The position numbers and the translations under genes were made by a program. The notes beneath the pieces were generated by a model. It did not search any database. It saw only the letters and a program-made list of their open reading frames with translations, and was not told where the DNA came from. A DNA stretch of 64,000 bases from a virus (Duplodnaviria; Heunggongvirae; Uroviricota; Caudoviricetes), in IMG/VR virus record IMGVR_UViG_3300021255_000031; one strand, 5' to 3'. Position 1 is the first letter of the stretch. Each line of letters begins with the position of its first letter. Shown one piece after another: positions 23,080 to 33,114 of the stretch.

Positions 23080-23988
23080 TTGGAAAGTCTCAGTATCTGG
23101 TCAGGCAACAATAAAGAAGCTTGGCTAGACTCGCGTCGTTTAAATAAATGCAGAAAATTATTAAAATGTGAAAGGAAGGCACAAGAAAATTTAGTTAATC
23201 AAAATACCTACTATATAATGAGCTGTGATATTGGTCGTTATAATGCCAATACTGCAATTATGGTTGCTAAAGTAATTCCTCAAGCCGACCGTCATCATAA
23301 AAATATAATTTATACAGAAGTTATTCATGGCGCAAACTATATCGTCGAACAGGCTCCACGAATAAAGAAATTAATACAGTTGTATAAACCACGCGAGGTG
23401 GTTATTGACGGAAACGGCCCCGGCATTGGACTTTTAGATGCTATGGTATTACCTTCTGTTGATCCAAAGACAGGAGAACAATTCCCGGCTTATTATGTAT
23501 TTAATAATGACCATCATTTACCGCCGCAATTAAAAAAAGAGACAACCGAGCCCAAGCCAGCTTTTAACGCCATTATTTATGATATTAAAGCGGGCGCAAA
23601 TAATGATGATGAAATTCATTCTAGCTTCTTTTCTCAAATAAATAACGGCTCCGTATCTTTTTTGGCAAATGAACGAATAGTAAAAGATAAACTATTATCT
23701 ACGAAAAAGGGACAAAGAATGACAAACTATGATCGTAGGGTATATTTAATGCCATATGAGATGACATCTCGACTTATGGATGAATTAAATAACCTGCGCC
23801 TGAAACCAACTGGCGTACAAAATCAATTTAAAGTTGAGAGAATTTCTCGTTCCTATGAGAAAGATAGATTTTCAGCGTTAGAGTATCTACTTTATCGAAC
23901 AAAATATTATGAAGATAAGGATATACAGGCACATAAAAAACGGAACCTAAAAAATTATGGTTTTTTTAGCCCAAAGAAAAGGGGGTGA
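23080..23988 (+). CDS. terminase large subunit, nuclease domain (separate ORF or exon 2)
   Basis: RNase H-like motifs YYIMSCDIGR and VVIDGNGPGIG typical of TerL nuclease domain. Confidence 0.7.
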   Translation: MESLSIWSGNNKEAWLDSRRLNKCRKLLKCERKAQENLVNQNTYYIMSCDIGRYNANTAIMVAKVIPQADRHHKNIIYTEVIHGANYIVEQAPRIKKLIQLYKPREVVIDGNGPGIGLLDAMVLPSVDPKTGEQFPAYYVFNNDHHLPPQLKKETTEPKPAFNAIIYDIKAGANNDDEIHSSFFSQINNGSVSFLANERIVKDKLLSTKKGQRMTNYDRRVYLMPYEMTSRLMDELNNLRLKPTGVQNQFKVERISRSYEKDRFSALEYLLYRTKYYEDKDIQAHKKRNLKNYGFFSPKKRG

Positions 23989-25526
23989 GTTATTTGTCAC
24001 AAAAACATGATTTTAATTCATTTAAAATAAAATTGAAAGAGCGGGCGCCGCTTAATACGCGTGCATATTATGATCGATGGAATTATCGTTCTAATGAGCG
24101 CGTAAAAGATGATTTTAGTTTAGAAGAAATTTTAAATATAATCCGACAAGGCGATTTGGAGTCTATACGGCAATTATCAAGATATTATTATAGAACTAAT
24201 AGTAGTTATAAAAATAATATAGATTTTTTGGCGCATCTACCATTGTATGATACTGTAATAATTCCCGTCTTTGAAGAAGGAAAAGGTAGCGAGTCTAAAA
24301 TTATTAAAGCCTTCTATACAGCATGTAAATTTGTAGATATGTTAGATTGTCCAAATGTATTGGCGCATATAACAACTGAATGGCTATTAGTGGGTGTTTA
24401 TAACGGAATCCTGCGTGAAACCGATAATAAAATTGTTATACAAGATTTGCCTTTGGAATATTGCCGTTCTCGTTTTAAGGATTTTAATAATTTAAATATT
24501 TTAGAGTTTGATTTACATTATTTTGAACATTTTAAAGATGAACAACTAAGAAAAGAAGTTTTATCAACCTTTCCTAAGGTCGTACAACAAGGCTGGCGCG
24601 AATGGAAAAATGAAACTAATAAAGATTGTTGGGTTATTATAAGTCCGGAGGACGGGGGCATTAGTTTTAGTTTTGCGACGGACCAAATGCCATTATTAAT
24701 TGCTAGTATTCCTGAATTAAAGAAATTAGATGATGCCACTAAACGGGAAGAAACTCGTGATGAAAATGAATTATATAAGTTATTAATTCAAAAAATGCCA
24801 ATAGACAGCAATGGAGAATTAGTTTTCCAATTAGAAGAAGTAGCCGATATACATGAATCTGTGGCAGAAATGCTTAAAGATGAAGATACTGTTGAAGTTT
24901 TAACTACTTTTGGCGATACAACACTTGAAAATTTACAAGATTCTTCCGCCGCATCACAATCCACTGATAGATTAGAAAAATATCGTAAAAATGTTTGGGA
25001 CGCCCTTGGCAGAGGGGAGGTATTATTTAACGCAACTAATAGCTCTTCACTTGCCTATAGTATCAAAAAAGATGAAACGCTGATGCTAAGTTATTTAAAT
25101 GTTTATGAAACATGGATTAAGTTTTTATTAAACAAACGCTTTGCAAAAAAGACTTTAACTTTTGATTTTGAAATTTTATCAACCACAGTCTTTAATAGAA
25201 CAGATATGCAACAAGCATATTTTAGAGGAGCCCAATATGGATACTCAAAAATGTTTGCGGGCGTAGCTATGGGTATTAAACAAATGAGTCAGTTGAGTCT
25301 TATGAATTTTGAAAATAATTTCTTAAAAATGGCAGAAAATATGATACCATTGCAATCTTCTTATACTACTTCTGGAAAAACTGTAACAGAAGAATCGAAA
25401 AAAACTGGAGAAAATACCACAACTTCTCAGACTACAACGGACATTACTAATGAAGGCGGGAGACCTGCACTTCCAGATGAGCAAAAATCTGAAAAAACTC
25501 AATCAAATATAGATTCTCAAGGATAA
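23985..25526 (+). CDS. putative portal protein
   Basis: 513 aa, immediately after terminase; acidic/Thr-rich C-terminus; synteny-based call. Confidence 0.5.
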   Translation: MSYLSQKHDFNSFKIKLKERAPLNTRAYYDRWNYRSNERVKDDFSLEEILNIIRQGDLESIRQLSRYYYRTNSSYKNNIDFLAHLPLYDTVIIPVFEEGKGSESKIIKAFYTACKFVDMLDCPNVLAHITTEWLLVGVYNGILRETDNKIVIQDLPLEYCRSRFKDFNNLNILEFDLHYFEHFKDEQLRKEVLSTFPKVVQQGWREWKNETNKDCWVIISPEDGGISFSFATDQMPLLIASIPELKKLDDATKREETRDENELYKLLIQKMPIDSNGELVFQLEEVADIHESVAEMLKDEDTVEVLTTFGDTTLENLQDSSAASQSTDRLEKYRKNVWDALGRGEVLFNATNSSSLAYSIKKDETLMLSYLNVYETWIKFLLNKRFAKKTLTFDFEILSTTVFNRTDMQQAYFRGAQYGYSKMFAGVAMGIKQMSQLSLMNFENNFLKMAENMIPLQSSYTTSGKTVTEESKKTGENTTTSQTTTDITNEGGRPALPDEQKSEKTQSNIDSQG

Positions 25527-25540
25527 GGAGCAGATATACT

Positions 25541-26737
25541 ATGGAAAAGAAAATTCCAATTTATTTTGATAATGTTATTATTGCTTCTCCGCTAGAGTCT
25601 GTCTCTGAATCTACTCCTAATATTGGAAAGGTCCAGGTGGGCGTATTTACTAAATATGGGAATCGTAATGGTTCTTATATTACAGACCAAGTTGCGGAAA
25701 TGCTAATTAATAGCGCAATAGAAGGTAATACTCCTGTAGTTGGCTTTTTTGACCCAGAAACTAAAACATGGGCCGGGCATACTGGGCCTTCTTTAGCTAA
25801 TGGATATGGATATGTCAAATCTTTTGAAGGGTGGCGGCCACTCACAGACACCGATGGAATAGAACGGGATTATGCTATTTTTACAGTAATATTATTTACT
25901 AAATATTTTGAAGCAGCTAATCTTATTGTTGGACAAAATCAATCAATGGAACTGGATATTAATTCTATTGATGGAACGTGGGCAACGATTGAAGACAATG
26001 AGTATTTTGTTTATACCAAAGCCGCGATACAGGGGCTTTGTGTAATAGGTTCTCATGAGCCTTGTTTCTCCGTTTCTTCTTTCTTCGCCCTAAAAGATGA
26101 GACTTATGAGTCACAAAGTCAAAAATTTGCTTCTTTACTTGCAGAAGCAAAGGCGCAAGTAGAAAAAATAGAAAATGGAGGAACTTCTTCTATGGATGAG
26201 CTAGAAAATAAAGAAGTTACGGTTGAGGAAAATGAAAATATTGAATCTTCTGTAACTGAAAATTTTGAAGAAAAGTCAGAGGAGAATGTAGAACAAGCTG
26301 AGACTGAGACTGAGCCTGAGTCTAATGATAGCATCTCTGAGTTTGAAGAACTTCAAAATAAATTTAATGAATTACAAACAAAATATGAAGAGGCTGTTGA
26401 GCAGCTTCGCCAATTTCAAGCAGAAAATGAAGAGCTACGCGATACTAACACGCAACTACAAGCTACTGTACATAATTATGAAGTAGCCGCAGCACAAGCC
26501 ATGCTTGAAAAGAAAAATCTCTTGGTTGAAAAATATGAAAAAATTCTTAACGATTCTGAAGAGATTGCCGCTATTAAAGGAAAGATAAGTGACTTTTCTT
26601 ACGAAGCATTAGAAGGCAAATTGGCTGTTCTTTATGCAAATAAACAATTTGCTCGCGGGGAAGAAAGTGACAAAGTACCTCTACCAGAACCGCAAGAATC
26701 ACCATTCGCTTTGCTTATGAAAAAGTATAAAAAATAA
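25541..26737 (+). CDS. putative scaffolding protein (possibly fused to a prohead protease-like N-domain)
   Basis: C-terminal 200 aa acidic coiled coil (ELQNKFNELQTKYEEAVEQLRQ...); between portal and capsid genes. Confidence 0.45.
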   Translation: MEKKIPIYFDNVIIASPLESVSESTPNIGKVQVGVFTKYGNRNGSYITDQVAEMLINSAIEGNTPVVGFFDPETKTWAGHTGPSLANGYGYVKSFEGWRPLTDTDGIERDYAIFTVILFTKYFEAANLIVGQNQSMELDINSIDGTWATIEDNEYFVYTKAAIQGLCVIGSHEPCFSVSSFFALKDETYESQSQKFASLLAEAKAQVEKIENGGTSSMDELENKEVTVEENENIESSVTENFEEKSEENVEQAETETEPESNDSISEFEELQNKFNELQTKYEEAVEQLRQFQAENEELRDTNTQLQATVHNYEVAAAQAMLEKKNLLVEKYEKILNDSEEIAAIKGKISDFSYEALEGKLAVLYANKQFARGEESDKVPLPEPQESPFALLMKKYKK

Positions 26738-26752
26738 TGGAGGAATAATAAT

Positions 26753-27313
26753 ATGACTCGATTTCCTGTTGAAAAATACGCCAGTCTAGAGCTAAATCAA
26801 GTAGCTTTCCCTAAGACTGGTATGGTCGTGTCACAGACTCCCCTAGGTAGTGATTTTAATAACATTCCTTGCGAGAATGGCATGTGGGTAGTTGCTGACA
26901 AGTCCGCCGGTGCGCTAAATGCACCTTCTGCTAACAAGCATTCTCCTATTGGTATTGTATATACCACCGAGAAAGAGTATGATTCTTATAACGTTGGCCT
27001 AAAGAATTATAGTATGAGTAATTATAAGGGCACTTATCCTCGTGTAGGCATCTTTGGTCTTGGCGATACCGTTACCACAAATTGCTTACAATATGATGAG
27101 ACTACTTATGCCACCTTCGCTGCCCTAGAAACCGTTTTGAAGGCTGCGAATACAACTCCTGTATATGTTGTTCCAGTACAGGGCTCCCCTGTGCCACAGC
27201 TAACTGCTACTAAGCCAAATGCTGGTACGTTCTACGGCGTTGTTACTAAATATTATACTGTACCTAACGGCGAGAAAGGCGTTAAGTATCAGATTGTTTC
27301 TCTAGGAAATTAA
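26753..27313 (+). CDS. putative abundant head protein (decoration-like)
   Basis: 186 aa, Gly/Thr/Val/Tyr-rich; same high-expression codon bias (gct/ggt/cgt/act) as the MCP. Confidence 0.4.
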   Translation: MTRFPVEKYASLELNQVAFPKTGMVVSQTPLGSDFNNIPCENGMWVVADKSAGALNAPSANKHSPIGIVYTTEKEYDSYNVGLKNYSMSNYKGTYPRVGIFGLGDTVTTNCLQYDETTYATFAALETVLKAANTTPVYVVPVQGSPVPQLTATKPNAGTFYGVVTKYYTVPNGEKGVKYQIVSLGN

Positions 27314-27328
27314 TAGGAGGTGCGAACT

Positions 27329-28399
27329 ATGAATAATCTACAAATTCTAATGAATGGCGTATTCGGTCGTAAAGTTCCTGCTGAGTTCGCAGCCGCCGAT
27401 TACGATTATGAAGCTGCTCTCCATGATGAGCTAGTTAAGCTTCTTTGCGACGATAAGGGCAAGTTAAGTCGTTCTAAGTATCGTCGTAATAAGGTTGATC
27501 TTTTTGAAGTTCTTGAGCAAAATCTTGATGAAGTTTTACCACGTAGCGTTGGTGCCGCTCTTGACTTCTTTACTGAAATTGTACGCGTACCACAGGGTGA
27601 CCATCCTGGATTCCGTGTAACTCGCGGCAAGCAGCGCGGTCGCCAGTTTGTAACTCGTGCTACACCTTCTGGTAATTATGAGACTTTCCGTCTTGATCGT
27701 GACCGTTTTGATGTTTATATTCAGGCCATTGGTGGCGCTGGCTATGTAGATTTTGAGCGCTATCTTGATGGTATTGAAAATATTACTGATATTTATGAAG
27801 TAATTACTGAGGGCATGACCGAGCGTATTTTTGAAATGGTGCAGGAAGCACTACTTTCTACTTGGAATGCGACTGGCCGTCCAGCCCGCAATAAGGTTGT
27901 AACCAATACTTTTGATGCGGCTGCTATGCGTAAGCTTTGTTCTACTGTAGCTGCTTATGGCACTCCTGCTATTTATTGCTCTCCTGAGTTCGCTGCAGAA
28001 ATGACTAATGCTATTGTATATCAGACTGCCATTAAGATTTCTGACCAGGATATGGCAGAAGTACGCAATCGTGGTTATATTGGCGTATTCTATGGCACTC
28101 CAGTTATTGTTTTGCCGCAGTCCTTTACTGATGAAACAAATAGCAAGTTGGCCATGAATCCTTCCTTTGCGTATGTAATTCCTACTGGCAAAGAAAAGCT
28201 CATTAAATTGGTATTTGAGGGCGGTTCTTATTTCCGTGAGTGGGATGATCACGAGGGCGACAATTCTATTGCATTGCAGGCATATACTAAAGTAGGTCTA
28301 GCAATTGTATCCACTCCTAACTATTGGGGTATTTATTATAATAAAGCTCTTGACGTTGATAGCGGTTGGGCGGCTTATAATAGTGCGCTAAATGCGTAA
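27329..28399 (+). CDS. major capsid protein (HK97-fold candidate)
   Basis: ATG 8 nt after GGAGG (table start 27320 is a GTG on the SD); 357 aa; strong expression-type codon bias; stem-loop 28413-28435 just downstream. Confidence 0.6.
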   Translation: MNNLQILMNGVFGRKVPAEFAAADYDYEAALHDELVKLLCDDKGKLSRSKYRRNKVDLFEVLEQNLDEVLPRSVGAALDFFTEIVRVPQGDHPGFRVTRGKQRGRQFVTRATPSGNYETFRLDRDRFDVYIQAIGGAGYVDFERYLDGIENITDIYEVITEGMTERIFEMVQEALLSTWNATGRPARNKVVTNTFDAAAMRKLCSTVAAYGTPAIYCSPEFAAEMTNAIVYQTAIKISDQDMAEVRNRGYIGVFYGTPVIVLPQSFTDETNSKLAMNPSFAYVIPTGKEKLIKLVFEGGSYFREWDDHEGDNSIALQAYTKVGLAIVSTPNYWGIYYNKALDVDSGWAAYNSALNA

Positions 28400-28412
28400 T
28401 TTGTAATATAAT

Positions 28413-28435
28413 GTGGGGCTGCGTTGCAGCCCCAC
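28413..28435 (+). terminator. stem-loop GUGGGGCUGC-GUU-GCAGCCCCAC after MCP gene (attenuator/mRNA stabiliser; no U-run)
   Basis: perfect 10-bp GC stem. Confidence 0.5.
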
Positions 28436-28457
28436 GATGGAGATAAAGGAGGATTTT

Positions 28458-28889
28458 ATGGAAAAGATTGTAATTAAGAATATTGGTACTGCAAATATTA
28501 TTCTATCATTTGAAGATTTAAAGTTCAGGCGCGAACTTGTTCCGGGACGCTCCTTGACGGTTGATAAGGAAATGTATGAAGAAATGGCCTTTGATCCCGG
28601 TTTCTTAAGTATGATAAATGAGCATTATTTGCAAGTTACTGGGCCTGATGATAATGAATGTAATACCAAGTTTTTTGATAGTTCGGCAATAGCAAAAATG
28701 CTTGATAATCAAGATATTACTGCTTTTGCTAAATTTATTCCTACAGCCGCTCCTGGGGAGAAAGATACGGTTGTGCAATTAGCGGTGCAAAAAAAGGTCA
28801 CCAATAATGCAATCGTTTCTTTAATTAAAAAATATTGCGATTTTGATGTGATGGAAGCAATTCACGCGCAATATCAGGCAGAGGAATAA
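28458..28889 (+). CDS. head-tail connector/adaptor candidate
   Basis: start MEKIVIK after AAAGGAGG SD; position after MCP. Confidence 0.4.
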   Translation: MEKIVIKNIGTANIILSFEDLKFRRELVPGRSLTVDKEMYEEMAFDPGFLSMINEHYLQVTGPDDNECNTKFFDSSAIAKMLDNQDITAFAKFIPTAAPGEKDTVVQLAVQKKVTNNAIVSLIKKYCDFDVMEAIHAQYQAEE

Positions 28890-29335
28890 TGGCTACTCCA
28901 TTTTTACAGGTTTATGATGCCTTTTTGGCGCGTATAACCGCAGACGAATGGACATTAGAAGAAGAACTTGCCATAGTGGAGCGGGACTGGAGAGAACTAC
29001 TAAAAATGGCCATTTTCAGATTTAAATATCCACGAGTTAAATTAGAGATGAATGAAGAAACTTCTCAATTTAATGATGATTTAACGAATGATGAAATTCA
29101 ATTGTTAGCTTTATATATGAAGCATGAATGGATTAAACGCTGTATTGCAAGTTGGGAGCATATAAGACCATTATACGCCGATAAAGATTTTAGTGAAGCA
29201 AACCATTTAAGTAAATTAAATGAACTTCAGTCTGCGGTGGAATTAGAAGTTCATCGTGCTGAAGGAATTTATGATAAATCTAGAGGAAAGCGTCCTTCGG
29301 ATTTATTTAAAAAATTGGCAGGTAAAAATGTTTAA
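28889..29335 (+). CDS. head-tail connector candidate
   Basis: 148 aa, translationally coupled. Confidence 0.4.
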   Translation: MATPFLQVYDAFLARITADEWTLEEELAIVERDWRELLKMAIFRFKYPRVKLEMNEETSQFNDDLTNDEIQLLALYMKHEWIKRCIASWEHIRPLYADKDFSEANHLSKLNELQSAVELEVHRAEGIYDKSRGKRPSDLFKKLAGKNV

Positions 29336-29603
29336 CGAACCAGTTTTTGAAGGTTATAAAAATAAATTAAAGGGTCGCTTATATGGTTTGCTATGCGAAA
29401 AAGAAAAAAATGGCGAATGGGAAAAATTTTTAGATTCGCTCTTAATTGAGATGTATGGATTAAAGGCTAATTCAATTAATTGGTATTCTTTAATTGGAAA
29501 ATTATCTGAGATAAGATTTTTATCTTATGATTATTTTAGAAAAACCATTTTTGAATGTATGCACTTAATAGATAATTTAGAGGCTCCTTATGAATTATCG
29601 TGA
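29328..29603 (+). CDS. small structural-module protein
   Basis: ATG overlapping upstream stop; table ORF 29256 N-extension unsupported. Confidence 0.35.
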   Translation: MFNEPVFEGYKNKLKGRLYGLLCEKEKNGEWEKFLDSLLIEMYGLKANSINWYSLIGKLSEIRFLSYDYFRKTIFECMHLIDNLEAPYELS

Positions 29604-30792
29604 TGTTTTTTATTCTCGCATTAATCATTTGGGGAATACGACCGCAGAGCGAATCCGACAAGGCGGAATCCGTTCTTTTGAGAAATGGCTTGCTGAATCT
29701 CCTCATACAGTGAGACGTTTATATGCTGATAGACAGATTTATTTTGATGCTATTATTTTAACTAATAAAGATAAAGAATATCAAAAAATCATGTTTTTAA
29801 ATGTTGCTAATACTATTCCGCTAGTTATTGGAGATATTATTAATTGGCGCCAAGATAATGGTAATATAGAAAAATGGATTATTTTTCAAGAAACGCATAA
29901 GGTAAATGGCACATATCGAACTTTTTGGATTGTTAAATGTAATTATTTGCTAAAATGGATAGATAAGCTTGGACATTTACAACAAAGCTGGGCTTATGTA
30001 GTAAGTTCCACCGATGATAAAATTAAAGGTAATTTTAGAACTTGGAATTCATTGATAACTCCACAGCCAAATAAGTATGCAGAAATTTTAATGCCACGTT
30101 ATCCTATAGAGCGTTCTACTAATTTTATTATAGAGCAAGAGTCTTGGTCTGTAGTAGAATATGACCATACTAGCGTTCCTGGTATTATATATCTTTCACT
30201 AACAGAGAATAAAGTTAATTTAATTTATGATGATTTAGAGAAAGATATAGCCGATACTGATAAAATGGCACAATATGAATTGGTGGTCCCCGAAGAAAAA
30301 CAGGTATTTAAAGTGGGGGACACTATTACGCCAGCCTTTAATTTAACCAAGAATGGCATACCTATTAGTCTAGACGTTAAATTGTTATCAACTGATAGAA
30401 GTATAGTAACAGAAGTTAATAATAGGCTTACGGCAGTTCATGCTGGAGAAGTTAAAATAATAGTGCAATCAATACAATTTCCTCAAATTCAAAAAGATTT
30501 ATTTATAGTAGTAAAAGATGAGGAAGATACAGCTTTTTCGGCTTATCTATCAGGTGCGGCCACAATTAGGCTAGATAGAATAGAGAAATACGAATTAGTT
30601 GGAACTACAGACTTGAATGAAGAGGAAGTTATATTTACGATTGATAGTAATTTGGCTTCAATCGTAAGTATTAGTAATAATAAATGTGAAATTCATGCAA
30701 ATGATTTAAATCGGCTTGGTTCTTTTACATTATTAGCCACTTATAAAAATGTTACATATACAAAAAATATTCAAGTAATTCCATTATGGTGA
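29590..30792 (+). CDS. structural protein with C-terminal bacterial Ig-like (Big_2-like) domains
   Basis: VFKVGDTITPAFNLTKNGIPI...TAVHAGEVKIIVQS pattern typical of Ig-like surface domains. Confidence 0.45.
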   Translation: MNYRDVFYSRINHLGNTTAERIRQGGIRSFEKWLAESPHTVRRLYADRQIYFDAIILTNKDKEYQKIMFLNVANTIPLVIGDIINWRQDNGNIEKWIIFQETHKVNGTYRTFWIVKCNYLLKWIDKLGHLQQSWAYVVSSTDDKIKGNFRTWNSLITPQPNKYAEILMPRYPIERSTNFIIEQESWSVVEYDHTSVPGIIYLSLTENKVNLIYDDLEKDIADTDKMAQYELVVPEEKQVFKVGDTITPAFNLTKNGIPISLDVKLLSTDRSIVTEVNNRLTAVHAGEVKIIVQSIQFPQIQKDLFIVVKDEEDTAFSAYLSGAATIRLDRIEKYELVGTTDLNEEEVIFTIDSNLASIVSISNNKCEIHANDLNRLGSFTLLATYKNVTYTKNIQVIPLW

Positions 30793-30802
30793 GGTGAAAA
30801 GA

Positions 30803-31318
30803 ATGGCTGAGAAACCTACGCAACGTCGCTTTGCTGTAATGGGCACCAATACTTTTAAAATAGCTAATAAAATAATGCAGAATCAAACTATTTGTAGATT
30901 ATTGAAATATCAAACTAAGAATCCATTCTCACTTGAAGAAAATGGGAAATCTCAACCAGATGTAGATGGAGTAGATTTAATTAACAAACAAATTTTAATC
31001 GTGCCTAAAATTTTTGATGATTCTACCGAAAAAATGTCATACATTACTGCTATTTTTGACGATTTTGTAGTAAATCAAGTTAATCCGGAATTTAAAGTTT
31101 CAACAGTCCGTTTTGATATAGCTTGTCCCTATGATGAATGGATTTTAAACGATAAAACTTTAAGACCGTATTTAATTATGCAAGAGATTGATACAATGTT
31201 TAATGAGAGCAAAATGGCTGGTATTGGCACTTTACAATTCTGGAGAGCAGACAATCTGACTCTATCTCCATGGATTGGTGGATATTCAATGAGGTATAAA
31301 ATTAATGAATTTAACTGA
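30803..31318 (+). CDS. hypothetical tail/neck module protein
   Basis: ATG after GAGGTG; 172 aa. Confidence 0.4.
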   Translation: MAEKPTQRRFAVMGTNTFKIANKIMQNQTICRLLKYQTKNPFSLEENGKSQPDVDGVDLINKQILIVPKIFDDSTEKMSYITAIFDDFVVNQVNPEFKVSTVRFDIACPYDEWILNDKTLRPYLIMQEIDTMFNESKMAGIGTLQFWRADNLTLSPWIGGYSMRYKINEFN

Positions 31319-32084
31319 TGACGAAACGTTAAAATTTCTTCGAGGAACTCCAATTTTACTAGATGATATTTGTGCGATTTATCCTAGTAAAATGGGAGAA
31401 ATTGTTGATATTGGCTATTCTAAATTTCAACAATATTTAGAATTATTAACGCTTACTACTCCTTTAACGCAACATCTTCAAGACAAAGAATTGAATGAAA
31501 TGCTTAGTAAAATGTCTAGTTTTCAATATATACTTTTATTAGCTAGTTGTGATTCGCAAATACATATATTATTAAAAGAAGCTTTTTTGTTTTTTACACA
31601 TGAAAATGTAATTTTTTCTTTAGAACCCGCACAAATTATTATAGGTCCGTCTAGTGAAAAACACATTATGAATGAAGAAAAATTTTATGATTTCCAAAAA
31701 ATTTTACGACGTATGTGTTTTATTGAACAAGAGGGTGAAGAAATTACTATTAATCCTGATGATTCACCTACGGTAGTTGCTTTAAAGAAAAAAATGCTTT
31801 TAAACCGTGAAAAAGTAAGAAAAGCTAAAGCAAAGAAAGCCGCACAAGAAAAAAATGATTTAAAATTTTCTGACTTAATTGCAAGTATAACAATTAATAA
31901 TTGCGGTTTAAATATGGAAAACATTTGGAATATTACATATTATGCTGTACATGACCAACTAAAACGAATGGGTTGGCGTGACCAGTTTGATATAAACAAT
32001 CGCGCGGCCTTGGCTGGCGCGAAATTAAAGAAAAATCAGCTCAAGCATTGGATGCGTTCAATTGCTAGCTCTGATAAATCATGA
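31305..32084 (+). CDS. hypothetical tail/neck module protein
   Basis: 259 aa, overlaps upstream stop. Confidence 0.4.
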   Translation: MNLTDDETLKFLRGTPILLDDICAIYPSKMGEIVDIGYSKFQQYLELLTLTTPLTQHLQDKELNEMLSKMSSFQYILLLASCDSQIHILLKEAFLFFTHENVIFSLEPAQIIIGPSSEKHIMNEEKFYDFQKILRRMCFIEQEGEEITINPDDSPTVVALKKKMLLNREKVRKAKAKKAAQEKNDLKFSDLIASITINNCGLNMENIWNITYYAVHDQLKRMGWRDQFDINNRAALAGAKLKKNQLKHWMRSIASSDKS

Positions 32085-32103
32085 TTTATTCTGGAGGTAA
32101 CTT

Positions 32104-33063
32104 ATGGCTGTTAATATTTTTGATAAGTACGGCATAAAAGAAGTTGCTAATGTATATTTTGAAGCTCTTGATGACGATAGGGCTGCTGGTGTATATGCTG
32201 GCGACATCGTACTATTTTTGGATACTTTAAAGGTATCTACTATTGAGACAACCGCCGAGACCGCCGATGCTACTGGTGGTTGGGGCAACCCAAAACTAGT
32301 ATCTTGGGACTATGGTAAAGAAATTACCGTAACTCTTGAAGATGCTCTAATGAGTCTTGAGTCTCTACGTTTCATGTTAGGTGGCGCAATTAAGCGTCCT
32401 ACTACGACAGATTCTGTTGTTGTACGACACACTGAAGAAGTTGTATGTACTGCTGGCGGTGTTGTGCCAAAGCCCAAAGACCATCTAACCAATGACGTAT
32501 TGACTCCTACTGCTAAACCCGGACATCCTATTCGTCTTATTAACCTCACTACTGGCGCTCGTACCCAGTTGGTTGCGCCCGAAGGTGGCACCGTAACGAT
32601 TGACGGAACTAAAGCAATTAATTTTGTCAATCCTCACATGCTTGCTAATGAGACTAATAATACCCAGAAGACTGCTGAAAATGACCACGTGCGTATTTTC
32701 TGGGAAGAAATTGTTACAAGCGAATCAGCGGCTGAAACTGCTATTGAAGTAACTATTTCTCCTAGCACTTTCCCTGGCACTTATAAAATTGTAGGAGACA
32801 CATTCATGAGGTCTGAAAAGACTGGTAAAGATGAGCCCTTCCAGTTTATTATTGGTAAAGCTAAGGTACAGTCTGAGGTAACTATTACTTTGGAGGCCGA
32901 AGGTGACCCATCTACATTTGAAATGACTCTAAGTGTGCTACGTTCTACTAACGATGACGGCGCGAATGAAATGATGAAGCTTGTTCGTTATTCTCTTGGC
33001 GCGGATGAATCTGAAGAAACTGGTAATGACTATGGTTCTTTATCCAGTGGTTCTATAGGTTAA
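32104..33063 (+). CDS. major tail (tube) protein candidate
   Basis: 319 aa with the same expression-type codon bias as MCP; stem-loop 33074-33098 downstream; two genes before tape measure. Confidence 0.5.
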   Translation: MAVNIFDKYGIKEVANVYFEALDDDRAAGVYAGDIVLFLDTLKVSTIETTAETADATGGWGNPKLVSWDYGKEITVTLEDALMSLESLRFMLGGAIKRPTTTDSVVVRHTEEVVCTAGGVVPKPKDHLTNDVLTPTAKPGHPIRLINLTTGARTQLVAPEGGTVTIDGTKAINFVNPHMLANETNNTQKTAENDHVRIFWEEIVTSESAAETAIEVTISPSTFPGTYKIVGDTFMRSEKTGKDEPFQFIIGKAKVQSEVTITLEAEGDPSTFEMTLSVLRSTNDDGANEMMKLVRYSLGADESEETGNDYGSLSSGSIG

Positions 33064-33073
33064 TAGATATTAT

Positions 33074-33105
33074 GAGCTAGGGCTCTAAGCCCTAGCTCTT
33101 ATTAT
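33074..33105 (+). terminator. stem-loop GAGCUAGGGC-UCUA-AGCCCUAGCUC + UUAUUAU after major tail gene
   Basis: 11-bp stem. Confidence 0.5.
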
Positions 33106-33114
33106 GAGGTAAAT

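Noticed and set aside
30794-32084. Programmed -1 frameshift between overlapping ORFs 30794..31318 and 31305..32084 (tail chaperone G/GT-like)
   Set aside because: There is no slippery heptamer at the overlap, and the pair is not immediately upstream of the TMP. They are treated as separately initiated genes.
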